NCBI GenBank assembly: GCA_020536535.1
Contig: JAHLWZ010000810.1
Span: 63,056 to 127,055, forward strand
Direction of reading: 5' to 3'
DNA length: 64,000 nucleotides
From: Pelomyxa schiedti
Lineage: Eukaryota > Protista > Evosea
Below are positions 1-12,315 of this stretch, piece by piece; the first letter of the stretch is position 1, and each line of letters opens with the position of its first letter. The position numbers and the translations under genes are program-made. The notes below the pieces were generated by a model. It was not told the origin of the DNA and searched no databases. It saw only the letters and a program-made list of their open reading frames with translations.

Positions 1-3000
1 CCATTTTTCATAAGCATAGATTGCCTAGACTTTTTTAGTAACTAAAAGGGCCCACAAATTACCCCAACCTTAAGATGACAGCGAGTAGTTGTAAAGTATA
101 CTGTATTGTGAGGTTGCAGGCCTCCCGCATATCACTTTCCAGTGGGATGGAGCCTAATCTCTCCTGAAGTTGCCAAACAATTTCAAGCACATGTTCCTTG
201 GGTCTTTTGCATTAACGCTTCAAGTGGAGGAAGTACCTGCCAATACCCTACAAGGAGAATTGCTTCAGAAAAATCCCCTTGATTGGAACGGGTGACTGCA
301 ATGAGGTGTTGAAGAATCTATATTGAAAAAGTTGCAGTAAAGAAAATACAACAGATTGAAAAAAAAATTACCTGGTTTATTGCAGATATGTTCATGGCAT
401 TATATTCCTGAATGGTACCCACCTTTTTCACTTCTTGGGAAAGAAGAGAAAATACAATTTGCACAACATCTGCATTTTGGACAGAAATACAGCCTTCCTC
501 AAGGTCTAACAGAATAGACCTGTGAATACAGTTACCCCAAAGGATAGAATGCAAGAAATCACCTTTTGGATAAATCTTCGGTAAAAGTATCGGTCATATG
601 CTCTACCAGAACATGGTAGATTGGCAGGGTGAAATTATAAGAACCTTGATAAATGTCAGTCTACAAGCATATAAACCATCGAGCACACTTAGTGCTTCAA
701 TGATGAAGTGGTGCCCAAAGTCACTAAGAAATTTCTGTTTTTGGCGAGGAGAAATCCCTTTAAAATACATCCCAATTACTCTCAAGGCACTAGACTTCTG
801 GTCAGTTGTGGTTTTTTAGAATTGCCTTACTGGAGTCTAAGAGATTCCTTTGGCTTCATGAGGAGTGAGTACAGCACATGAACTACCATAAGATCCTCCA
901 GGTGTTGCAAAAACATTTTTGGAGGGTTTGCCACTGTGTGCTGTAGCACAACAAGTACATCCTCAAGTTCATCACACTCCGTAGTTACAGTGAAATAATG
1001 TAGTAGAATAGCAACCTACCGTGTATATGTGTATATTAAATGTGGGTTGTTGAGTACGACCTCTTCTTTGGTTATGTCCTCTTGGGTTAAAAGGGATTTA
1101 AGGATTGTGCAGAGGAGTGAACGTAGGGATTGTATTTCTTCCCTGAGAGAAAGTTGTGTTTTGGTTGTTTGGCAAATGGCAGGGAATAACCTGGATAGAT
1201 CTGCAAAAAGCCAAAGTCGAACTTGAGTTCCCTGTGAGGCTTCCATTGCACTGGGGTTTACTGGCGAAATTGAATAGTAGTATCTCAGTACTTGTAATAC
1301 AGCACCGATACCAAAAATCTTGCGGAAGTACTTACAGTGATATGAGAATCAAATAGACAACAGTAACAAAAACCTGTGGTTGTGCGTAGACTTGCGCTTG
1401 AACTTGAGCCAGATGTAATTGCTGCAAAGAAAATTCAGCAGCTCTCCAGATACCAAAGTTCAGCAGCAAATAGGAATAGGAGTGTCGTTGAAGCTTTTCT
1501 GTGAGTAGATGAAGACAAGTCTTAACTTGCTGCTGCGTACCACCACAACGAGATACAGACTCTACAAGCTCCAGTAGCCCTTCCAGAAACTCTTGGCTAA
1601 AAAATGTTCTTGGGACATTTTCAAGCAAGGAAACACCAAGTATTCGTAGCATGTCAGTACTCTGTGCCTCTATGGATGCAGCCTCAGAAACTTTAAGTGC
1701 TATACCTAATCTACTACTTAGGTTGGTAGTGTGTGTTAGAGTAAGTACCCAAAAGTTTAAGGGCAAGTGATAGACAATGAGGACCATATGCTCCAACAGT
1801 ATCTGGATGAAAAAGTGGGAGTAAAACCTATCAGAAAATGAGTCTAAGAAAAAACATTGGAAATAACCTTCACTCCTGCAGCTGAATGTAAACTATAAAC
1901 CAAATGCTCACCAAACACACATTCAGAACCCTCCTGCAGTGTAGCTCTTGTTTTAAGGTGAGGTTTTTTTCTTTGAGCCTGCCAAAAAACTTTGGCTGTT
2001 TTCCCGTCAGGGGAGACTTCTTCAGTGACATTATAGCAATGCCTACCTATGCACGCCTAAGGAAGGGATGAGAGTCTGTACGTGGTAGTGGTGCCACACA
2101 TAGGGAGAGAAACAAAACAGGACAATCAAATTGCTGGTACCAGTAAGACCACTGGATGGAAGTCAATTTATGAACAAGTAAAGTTAGGTGTACCTTAGGG
2201 AAGAGTTACTTATACAGAAGTCAGGCCCTTTTTTGTAAAGAGAAGAAACAAGATGAGGAGCCACAACTCCCTGTAGCATCGCAACAGTAGAGAGCTTGCC
2301 AACCAAGGACATGTTGCCTTGGGGTTGGAAAACTCCATTGACAAATTCACCACCATGACCAAGGCCATGGAATCGAAACTTTAAGGAAATTAGGTATAAA
2401 ACTGTGACAGGCAACTCAAACCTGCTCACCGGCTGAGGGAAATTTATGTGCTGTGCTATAGACAAGATCACCATTGATAAAAAACTGAAGCTCAGCACTG
2501 AAGAAGTTGGACCAGTTTGGTTGTGAATGGCAAAGGGTGATATGGTACCACCTACAACATGTGGAAGTAGAGAAAAAAAGGGAGGTGGGCCTAACATTTT
2601 CTCTTGAAAGGGAAAAGGGCATGCCACAATGTTGTTTGTATTTGCCCTGAAGCAAAGATTATCTGGTGTCATAAAAAGCTCTACCCCTGAGTTATTTGGT
2701 GCCAAAAAACTACTTGATTTAGTACGGTTCAATGGACAAGAAAAAACCATACCAAATGAGGCGTGGAGACAATGATTGGAACTGGTCAACCCAGACCCAT
2801 ACTGAGAATGCGTAGGATTGAAGTATATCCACTGGCCCACACTCAATATCAATGCCCTTATTTTTGCTATGTCAGAAAACCAGAGGCACAACAGGGAACA
2901 ACTGAGTTGTCTCCAGTGAGTAAAAAGAACCTCTCTGGATCCCCTCGTTGAGCCATTTGTATCATAGTGTCAAGTAAATTTGCTCTCTGTTGCAGTGGTA

Positions 3001-3786
3001 GACTTGGGAGGGAGATTCAATTACGAGGTTGTATGGCATATAACAGACCTGGGGGGGTCTGTGCTGTGGTTGACCGGGGAACAAAGCATTTTTAGAAAGA
3101 TTTTCACTTCATAAGCAGCAAAGTGATGAGAGCCAACAATACATATTAATTCCAAAATTTGGTCTATGGGACTAAAATTAGAATACATCATCCCTATTGT
3201 GTGTGTACCAAAAATGTGATAATCACAAACTCGAGCTAAAGAAATGACCAACTTCCTAGTCCAACCAACCTCACAACAAAGTGGCACACAAAAGGGAGTA
3301 GCCCTCAAGAAAGTAAGCATTCCTTCCAAGATACATGCCTCAATCCCAAACATAAGTGAAGGGGAAGAAAGAAAAAAGAAAAACCTGGTCATCAGCACCC
3401 AGTGAAGCGAAAGTGGCACCAAACAAATGTGATATCATCCAAGCCACTCTCAGCACCCTGCCCACAACAGTCCCTCTTTCTATGCCAGGTTTCTCGACGT
3501 CACTCGCAGCAGAGTCCCGTGCCTCTTCGTTTTCGTTTTGGTTTCTGTATTCATCTTCGTCCTCATCCTCCTCCTCCTCCTCCTCACCGTGGTCTTTGCC
3601 GTCGCTACGGCCGCTTTCGGCCCCATAATGCAAATCCAAGCTAAAGTCCATGTCACTTAAGAACGAGGAGGGCAGAGGTTGGTGTGCATTGACATCCTCC
3701 CCACACGACGCAGTAGTGGCCGTCACACTGCCCACAACACGTCTAACCAGGTCCAAAAGTGGTGAGGGTCTGTCCGGCGTATCCAT
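1..3786 (-). CDS. Neurobeachin/LvsC-like (BEACH family) protein, 5' part; runs off the window start
   Basis: ATG at 3786 (MDTPDRPSPLL) with an acidic N-terminus. Exon peptides resemble neurobeachin N-terminal regions: LELICIVGSHHFAAYEVKIFL, a ConA/LamG-like segment at 2184-2891 and the DUF4704-like LLLNFGIWRAAEFSLQQLHL. The BEACH domain itself is not in the window. Confidence 0.7.
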
Positions 3787-4220
3787 CGTTTTTTTCCACA
3801 ATTTTTTTTTCTTTTTTCGTTGGTTGTTTGGTCCTTTTACGCGACAGACTGAGTCCCAGGTATGGTGATACAGTATTTGCACCTGTATCTAATGAAGGGA
3901 AAGAAGACTGTGTTGTTTCTGGTTTCGGCCTTCAGACCAGCCGGAGGACCAACTTGGTAGGCCGGAACTCTCAGGTCTTTTCCATTATGCCTTGGGGGTT
4001 GTTTCCTGGAAAGTAGAATCAAACCCCCACAACAACCCTTTGCTTTGCTGTCAAAAACACTCCAGGGGAAGAAAAAAAGTGTGGGGGTAAACGATGAACT
4101 TTTCCAGAAAAACCAATAAAAATATAAATCGTCACCGCCACAAGGAGAAAAAAAAATAAAATAACAAAAACCCCACCAGACACGTAGACGCGGAAGTACA
4201 TAAACAAAGAGCAAGACGAC

Positions 4221-5168
4221 ATGAACCCCGAATAGTGCGCAACAACCTTAGCCCCTTTTTTTTTTTTGTTTTTTTACACTTTACTTTTTTTTTTTTGTTT
4301 TTGCTTTTGTTTTTTGTTGCTTATACGATACAGCGATTACCTCTTTAAATTGTTGCTCATTGGAGACTCGGGTGTTGGCAAAAGTAACACACCATAGCTT
4401 ATTTCTTATTTTGTGACATCGCACCTCAGGTTGCCTTCTGTTGCGATTTGCCGACGACACCTACACGGAGAGTTACATCAGCACAATCGGAGTAGACTTC
4501 AAAATTAGGACAATTGAACTTGACTCGAAGACCATTAAGCTTCAAATTGTGCGCCCAATTTATCATTGCCATTCTATTTACTTACTTGGTTCCACAGTGG
4601 GATACTGCGGGACAAGAACGGTTTAGAACTATTACCAGTTCTTGTATGCCTCACCTTTACACTGGTTTTCCAAATTGACGAATTTATTCTTCACTAGATT
4701 ACCGAGGAGCGCACGGAATTATAATTGTGTACGATATTACCGACGCAGTGTCTTTCAACAACGTAAGACAGTGGCTGCAAGAAATCGAAAGATACGCGTG
4801 CGAGAACGTAAATAAACTCATGGTTGGCAACAAGGTATATCATATTTGTGTTTCACCACAACTTAACCTTATTAAAGAGTGACCTCACAACAAAACGAGC
4901 CGTGGAATACAACACAGCTAAAGAGTTTGCGGATGGCCTTGGCATCACATTCTTGTAAGTTAACATGAGCCCTCAGGGTCTTTTTACTTACTTTATTCTT
5001 AGAGAGACATCAGCCAAGAACTCTACGAATGTGGAACAGGCTTTCCTGAAGATGGCTGCTGAGATTAAGGGAAGGATTGGAAGTGTTGCACCACAAACAA
5101 ACAAACCTCTTGTTGTCAAGCGAGATGCCAGGCAGGTGGAGGCCAAGAAGGGCTGCTGTAGCTCATAA
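4221..5168 (+). CDS. RAB1: Rab1 small GTPase (multi-exon)
   Basis: Splicing (introns 4235-4333, 4384-4429, 4549-4597 and others) gives [52 protein letters not shown]...[24 protein letters not shown]...GNK...[14 protein letters not shown]...KKGCCSS*, the canonical Rab1 signature. Confidence 0.98.
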
Positions 5169-5351
5169 TTTTTTTTTTTAATATAAAAAAAAACCTGTTG
5201 TTTTTTTTAATCACCCTTGCCCTCTGGGTTTGTAAGTATATCTCCGTAGTGTGAATCTACAGAATTGACTGTGATCAGAAAAGAATTTCCGGGAAGCGTC
5301 GTTTAGCAAAACAACCTTCAGCCCCTCAGAAACACGAGGAGGCATTAGGGA

Positions 5352-8300
5352 ATGGGGGATTTGGAATACGACGTGCTGTCCCTTCTGCAGGACGAAGACG
5401 TCGTCCCACAATCCGCACCCGTGCCCGCGCCCCTTCAACCGTCACCGGCGACGCAACCACGAGAGGCCCAGATCCCGACACCAACCCCTGCGAATCAAAA
5501 CCAGCCGCCGTCGTCATCAATTTCCACCTCTTTCTCTGGTCTTTCTCCATCCCCTTGTTTTTCCCCCTCGGTCACCGCGTGCAATTCTGCCGCTGCCAAC
5601 GGGGCTTCCCCGTCCCAGACCCATAATTGCTCCCTGACTCCGCCCCTTGGTGATCACCAGGGCAGCGAATCTCCCGCGCCGACTGTTCCTGAAACATTGA
5701 ATTCCAATTCTCAGCAGAGGCTCGTTGATTACTTCTTGGTCATAAAACCAACCAAAGAGAGGTTTATTTCAGATGTGCAAGCTCCTCCTTGCACTGACAA
5801 AAAAACTCCCTCAGTCAAACCAGTTTCAACATCAGTCCCTATTAAGGGTGGTCCTGTGAGGGCCTATGTAGATACTGCCAATAATTCACTGTGGTCTTCT
5901 TCTTCACCTCAAATCAACCACTTACCTCGTGAAACACCCACTCGCTCTTCTGCGTTGATGACTGAATCCCAGAGTTCACTCTTGTCTTCAGCGACATCCT
6001 CTGCTCTGTCATGCTCTCCACCTCTGCAGCAGTATGATTGCAGATATCTTCTATGTATTGACTGCATTTAGTGAACGAGAGATTATGTCTACACGTGTAA
6101 GGTCATTCAGTGTGGCTTCTACTCCCGCTGAGTTACTGTCCGTTGCACCTACCGAAACTGAGTACGAAAGTGAACCAAATGTTGTTGATAGTGAAAGCAA
6201 CCTTGGTCCCTTCAAAGTTTGATTTTCCAATATTATCTGGTTGAACTCAATTAAAACTAGGCTGAAATAGTTGACAGAATTCCCTCCAAGGATTACTTGA
6301 AGTCTCCTGTTCCTCCTTTCATATGGATGGTAGGCAAGGGTGGGAATTCTCAATTCACAGCATGAATATGACTGAAATTTACATATAGTTATGTTTCCCC
6401 AATGGTGCAAGCCTTGCAATGGAGCCCCAGGCACCCAAGTTTTTCACTTTTGTTGTTACTGAAGTAGATGGGAGTCGCTATTTTGGATCTGCGCTTGTGG
6501 TATCATTGCAGCTGCCCTTTTAGTTGTCTCCCAAGTGCACAGGTGTACCAACCGAATGAGGCCGATATTGAGCTTGATGAATTACTTGGAGATTCGCCAG
6601 TTGAAATTGTATTCTCCCTTCTACAATCTTTCTGATATCGACCAGCTTTTTTCTCCCGTGTGCCTGTGTATATTGTCAAGATATGCGTTCTACAGCACCT
6701 TTAAGCAGTTCCTGGTGGCAACATATAAAGTACAAATGTATATTTTATTCTATGTTCTCATATTTTATCCTCAAGGTCTCACGAATGGTTTTCAACGTGA
6801 ATATCGTTTCGAACTTTATTCACCAACTTGTTGAGAGTGTTCCACTACCCCCAGGTTAATAAGTGCATATTTTCCTCCTGGAGTCATTGAGCTCTTGTAG
6901 AGGGTTACATGCTTCGGATTTCTTTGCTGGGGAATACTTGTGATATTAAAAGGCCCAAACTTGATGATTTTCCTCTTGTGGAAGTGAGAGTTCTTTTCTC
7001 CTTGGCAGTCTAACAACAAAAAAAAGGTACCATTTCGTTACCTCTTTGACTGCATAGGGATTGAAGCTGTTATTTCCCTTGTCGTGGCGGTCTTGGAAGA
7101 AAAACGAATTCTTTTTCTTTCAAGTCTTCACGGTCTCCTGACAATAGGTAAATTACATATTTCTTTGCTTTCAATTCACTCTTCATCTATTCACTATCAG
7201 CCTGTGAAACTCTTATTTCCCTGTTGTACCCTTTTAGACACCTTCATGTTTTCCTTGCAGTACTTAAAATCTCTCTCCAACCTACTGACAGGTGTACATA
7301 CCAACTCTGAATAGCAGCCTTCATGACTACCTGCAGGCTCCAACACCATATATAATTGGCATGACAACACAGGGGAATATTGACTCAGTATTGGAGGAAT
7401 TATCTGATGTAGATTCCCATTTAGGACTTCATTTGAAGAGTAAGCAACCCACAAGGTGATAATAGTCAATCTTGACACTGGCCATGTCACCCACAAGGAT
7501 TGCCCTGGTTCTCCAGTGACTAAATCCTCCTTATCACCTGAACCGGCTAGAATTCTTGCACACAAGATTCGTGCCGTGTTATACCCACACATTGCTAACC
7601 TTGATAACGCTTTTGATACTGTATCACATCATTTCTTGTTCTTTTCTAAGGTGGACCAGGACAGTGTGCCATCTTGGGTTCTTGGAACAAGATCAACTGG
7701 CAAAAAAGTAAGTGAAGACGTTCAAATACGCCTAGTGTGGCTCGATTTTTTTGTTTCTATGCTCTATCAGTTCAGATACAATTTAAGAATACTCAGGTTC
7801 AAACAGTCCTTCCATTTTTCCTTATTCAAAAGCTCCAAAAGGAAATACCCCAAGCCAGTATATAGTTTTGACAAATCTCAGTTTATTCGAGCACAGCCAT
7901 CACCTTTACAGGTATCTCCTAAGTCTGTAATGATATTCTATAACTTCTTTTCAGGATTTTGCCAAAACAATCGTTGATACACCAGCATTTACTGATATGA
8001 TGGACACTCACATCCTACATAATAGGAGCATGTTTGATTTGGCAATTTTTCACTATTCCCAGCATCACAGTTGCATATTAGTCTCCCAATAAATAACACA
8101 AATTTGCGTTAATACATTCCTCTCACCTACAAAAAAGGCCTTGAACAGTTAATGTATCAAGCTGAAACCCCACCAGTTATTACTCTTGACATCGAGCAGC
8201 TTTCAATAGAACCCTGTGGTATCACTTAACATAAATAACATTTCTGTCTTAATTGGCCTTGCAGACACAGGGCAGTATAACGCATTTCCGATTTTACAAC

Positions 8301-11300
8301 CATTGATTCCCTCTGACCAGCGTTCACCTCTGAAAACAGTGCCTGCTTTTTCACCTCTCATGGAAGTGACTCCTGCAAACTACTTCCAGGTTAGAAAGAA
8401 AAAGGAAGGCCACATTCAAAGAGATGAAGATATTTCACAGGATTTTGCGTTTATGGAGCGTGACGAAATGATGCCGAACTTCCAAAAAAACAAAGCACTT
8501 GTGGAGCCCTATATTAAAACTCTTTTTCTCCCTGATCAAACTAAAGTGTTCGTTTCATTTCTCCTTTTGGTTTAATATTAACAAATAAAAATGTAGACGT
8601 GAGCAGGCTCCTTTTTCTGTTCTCAATGGCAGCATCTCAGGCGTTCTTGCCTTCACCAGTGTTTTAGTTTCCTACACACAAATGCACCAGCAAAAGCATA
8701 ATGATTTACGCCTCTCCAACTCTGAGTTCGATGTACTCTCCACATTGTTGTTGATGTGCCTAAGTGTTTCGACCAACAGCTCTGATTTCAGGTTACTAAT
8801 GAATGGGCCTACTATGTTTGACTTGGAAATTCTTATTTACGCAGGGCCCCTGCGCACCTTGTTGGGATTGTTACAGCTTTCTATCACAAAGTTGATTCTG
8901 CACAAGAATGTTTGGCAGTGTGTTCCTAATCACAGTGGCAGCAGTCATTAACTTGTTTCTAGTACCGACTTGGGAATGCCCCAATTTGGAAATCTGAAGA
9001 ATTTTGGGATTTCTATTTTGCTTGTACTGGGTGAGTTCTGCTGTTGTTGGCTAACGAGCTTAACAGATAAAGTCCATGATAGCCGGAGTACACTTGATGT
9101 GACATATAACAATCACATAAACGATTGGAACACTTTTTCCTCAACAACACAGCTCTTAATATCCCAAAAAGAGGAAGATGTGATAATGCACACATTGGGG
9201 TCTCTAAGTATCATAAATGTCTTTTCTCCTAGCATTATTTGATTTGTTAATAGTATTTCTGATGCTGTCCCTGGGAGTAGACGCCACTACAACAAAGTCG
9301 TTTGTCAACAAAGTTGTTGATCAGTGCTCTCTTCAATCTGACAAGCACGATCAAATGCTTGTTCTCATCAAGAATTTGTATTTCCTCCAACATCAATTGA
9401 TCTTTAACATTACGTAAGAGCCAAAGCTCATGAAGAATCCATAACACAGCTGCAAGCCATTAAATCCAAGGTTCCATTATAATGCGTTTAAAAAAAAAAC
9501 TGTTAACATTATGAAGATGAAAAAATTTGATGCTCCCCCACCAGGGAAATCCAAAGATGATTCCTCAAAATTACCTATTAAACAACCTCCTTTAATGCCA
9601 CCACCCACTTCAATCCCTGATAAAGAAGGAATGGGGTTAGGTGTGATTGGTCCAGAGAAAAAAGACGGGTTTAATATTACAACCCTACAAGGTAGATATC
9701 CATCACCCATGGCATAGTCTCACCTTTTGTAGGCGGAATTGGCCCAATCTCCTGCACATCCATGCACGGACCTATACTTCTTAGTGGGAGCACACTTGGT
9801 CCTGTGAGTTTGTGGGATACAGAGTCCCTACAGTTTATAAGCAAATTAACTGGACATACTGCTGAGGTACTAACAATGAAGAGAGCACTAACTCATTGAT
9901 TTTAGGTTAGTTCTGTACACTTCGGGTCCAACATTGTAAGCTCTTCATATGATAGCACCCTTAGGGTATCTCTTATTATGTGAAACTCATTTTTTTATGT
10001 TGTTATTTTAGGTGTGGGATCCAAGCAACCATAAATGTATTACAGAACTTAAGGGTCACACAGGCCCAATTTACTCTTCCCTGTTGCATCGTAGTTCTGC
10101 GATTATAAGGTATGCCATTATCACCTGTCAACTGGAAACAACGACCGTGTTAGTGGTGGAGCAGATAGACTAGTTCGTCTGTGGGATACTCGAGTGGCAA
10201 ATTCAGTGAGCTCTCTTATTGGTCACAGAGGTCCGATTAGAACTCTCACTGATTCCACGCTCGATGCTCCTTCCTCAATAATTGTATCAGCTGGTGAAGA
10301 TAATATCATCAAGGTTGTGGTGAAGGGTCTTGCCTTTATAAACTCAAAACCAGGTCTGGGATCTCAAAAAAATGGACTGCCTGTATACACTTGAGGGACA
10401 CACAAATTTTATAACGCAAGTTCTTTTTGATTCTAAGACGATCATCAGTGCCAGTTACGATTGTACACTGAAGGTAGTTTCTCCAAAATCTTTTTATGGT
10501 ACTGACATCATTGGGGTTACTAGTGTTGGGACATGAAAGACTCTGGAAGATGTACTCGTAGTTTAGTGGGTCACCAAGGAAGTGTTAACTGCTTTGCTAT
10601 TGACAAATCATCATCTAAAATTGTTTCTGGATCTGGTGACAACATGATTCGAGTGTGGGATCATGACTCAGCAAATTGTTGTGCTGTACTACGAGGACAC
10701 TCTGCTGAAGTAACATGTCTGGCTTGTGTTGATGGATGGTATGCCTACCCATGAATACTTGTCAAGGGATGTCTCACAATGTTTAGGGTAGTATCCGGAA
10801 GTGAAGATAAGACTGTGAGAATGTGGACACTCAATGGTGATTGTGTAAAATTGCTTAGAGGTCATGATGATTCAGTATGTGACATAACAACTAACTATCT
10901 ATATTTTTTGTACTCTTTACATATTTGTTTCATGCCAACAGCTCACAAGTATATACGCACAAAGTAAACTACGCATCATTTCTACTTCCCGAGATTCCAC
11001 TGCCAGAATTTGGTCCATAACACCTCCCCAGCCTCCGACGACCACAGGCTCTACTTTTGTTCTTGGGCACAGGAAATATGCTGCATCAGTGGATAACAGT
11101 CATTTCTCCCAATTAAAGAGTTCCAGTCCTGTCAATACTAAGTACAAGATCAAACAAAGTGAATGGTAGTAACCCATTCTCAGGATGTCAATTCCATTGA
11201 AGCCTGCTGCTCCAGCACCAACTCCCACTAAATCGGGGTTGCCAATGATGCTTCATCATAGGACGCTCAGTGGTGACTCGACAAAGTCCTCTGGCCCGTC

Positions 11301-12075
11301 ACCCTTCCACACAACACCCATAATCATCACCCCATCACAATCTGTACAAGCACCCACGCCATCAGTCACAATATCCACTGCCGACTCCACTCCTTCACCT
11401 ACTCCATCTCCAACTTCCTCACCAACACTCCCTCCAATCCCTCCACCGTCACAATTGCCATCTGGGTCCCAATTCTTATCCCCATCAGCAGCTCACATTA
11501 TGCCCCCAGCAGCAGCTCCATCATTGGACTCTCCCCAGCAACAGCATCAGCAGCATCAACAGCAGTTACTACCCCCACTTCCCCTTTTACCCTCATCAAC
11601 CTCAGGTACTAACCTCACAACCACAAATGCAGTAACCCCTCCTCCTTCAACACAGACACTCACACCCCCCACATCCCTCTCAGGATCCTCATCATTTTTC
11701 TCCAAATTCACGAAAAAGAAGCAACCGGCCCCACCAAGCACCCCATCGCATACAACGACAGCACACACACCCACATATACACACACACCACCCGATTCCA
11801 CCCCAATTAAACAGCAACCACAGCACACACCCAGTGAATCACAACCATTACAACCAGAATCCACCATTACAGTTGTTCCCAATGTACAACAACAGATTCC
11901 GCATTCAGACTCACCAATCACAACAACAGCTACACCCCCAATACAACATTCGCACCGGAGACAGCAACCGCAGCACCCACTGCCACCAACTCCACAGAGA
12001 ACTGATTCAACTAGTCCCACCCCAGCAGATAAGGATAACAACAGAGTACCAAGCCCGTCACCCAACAAACCATAA
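5352..12075 (+). CDS. DENN-domain (putative Rab GEF) protein with coiled coil and C-terminal WD40 repeats (SCD1-like architecture); Pro/Ser-rich N-terminus and probable Pro/Thr/Gln-rich C-terminal tail
   Basis: DENN motifs RLVDYFLVI, FFTFVVTEVDGSRYFGSAL, CLCILSRYAFYSTFKQFL and AVLEEKRILFLSS; WD40 repeats such as LVGHQGSVNCFAID...SGSGDNMIRVWD and VSGSEDKTVRMW. The unspliced frame stops at 11169. A 42-nt GT-AG intron (11142-11183) joins it in frame to ORF 11185-12075, which could alternatively be a separate gene. Confidence 0.75.
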
Positions 12076-12315
12076 ACGAATTGCTAAAAAAAAAAAAAAA
12101 AAGAAAATCAAAAGCAATCACAAAGACCCAAGTGCTCACTGCTCCAAAATACCAGGAAGCTACAACGCTTCTTGCGGGAATGTCTCAACTCATTACACCT
12201 CCCACTGTCCGGAAAGCAGCTGGAGGACAGAAGTCCTGAATACTAACACCGAGAAGAGACTACTACCCCTCAGCTCGTGCGGTTCGCATAAGTCGTAGTT
12301 CGGCCGTTAGTTGGA

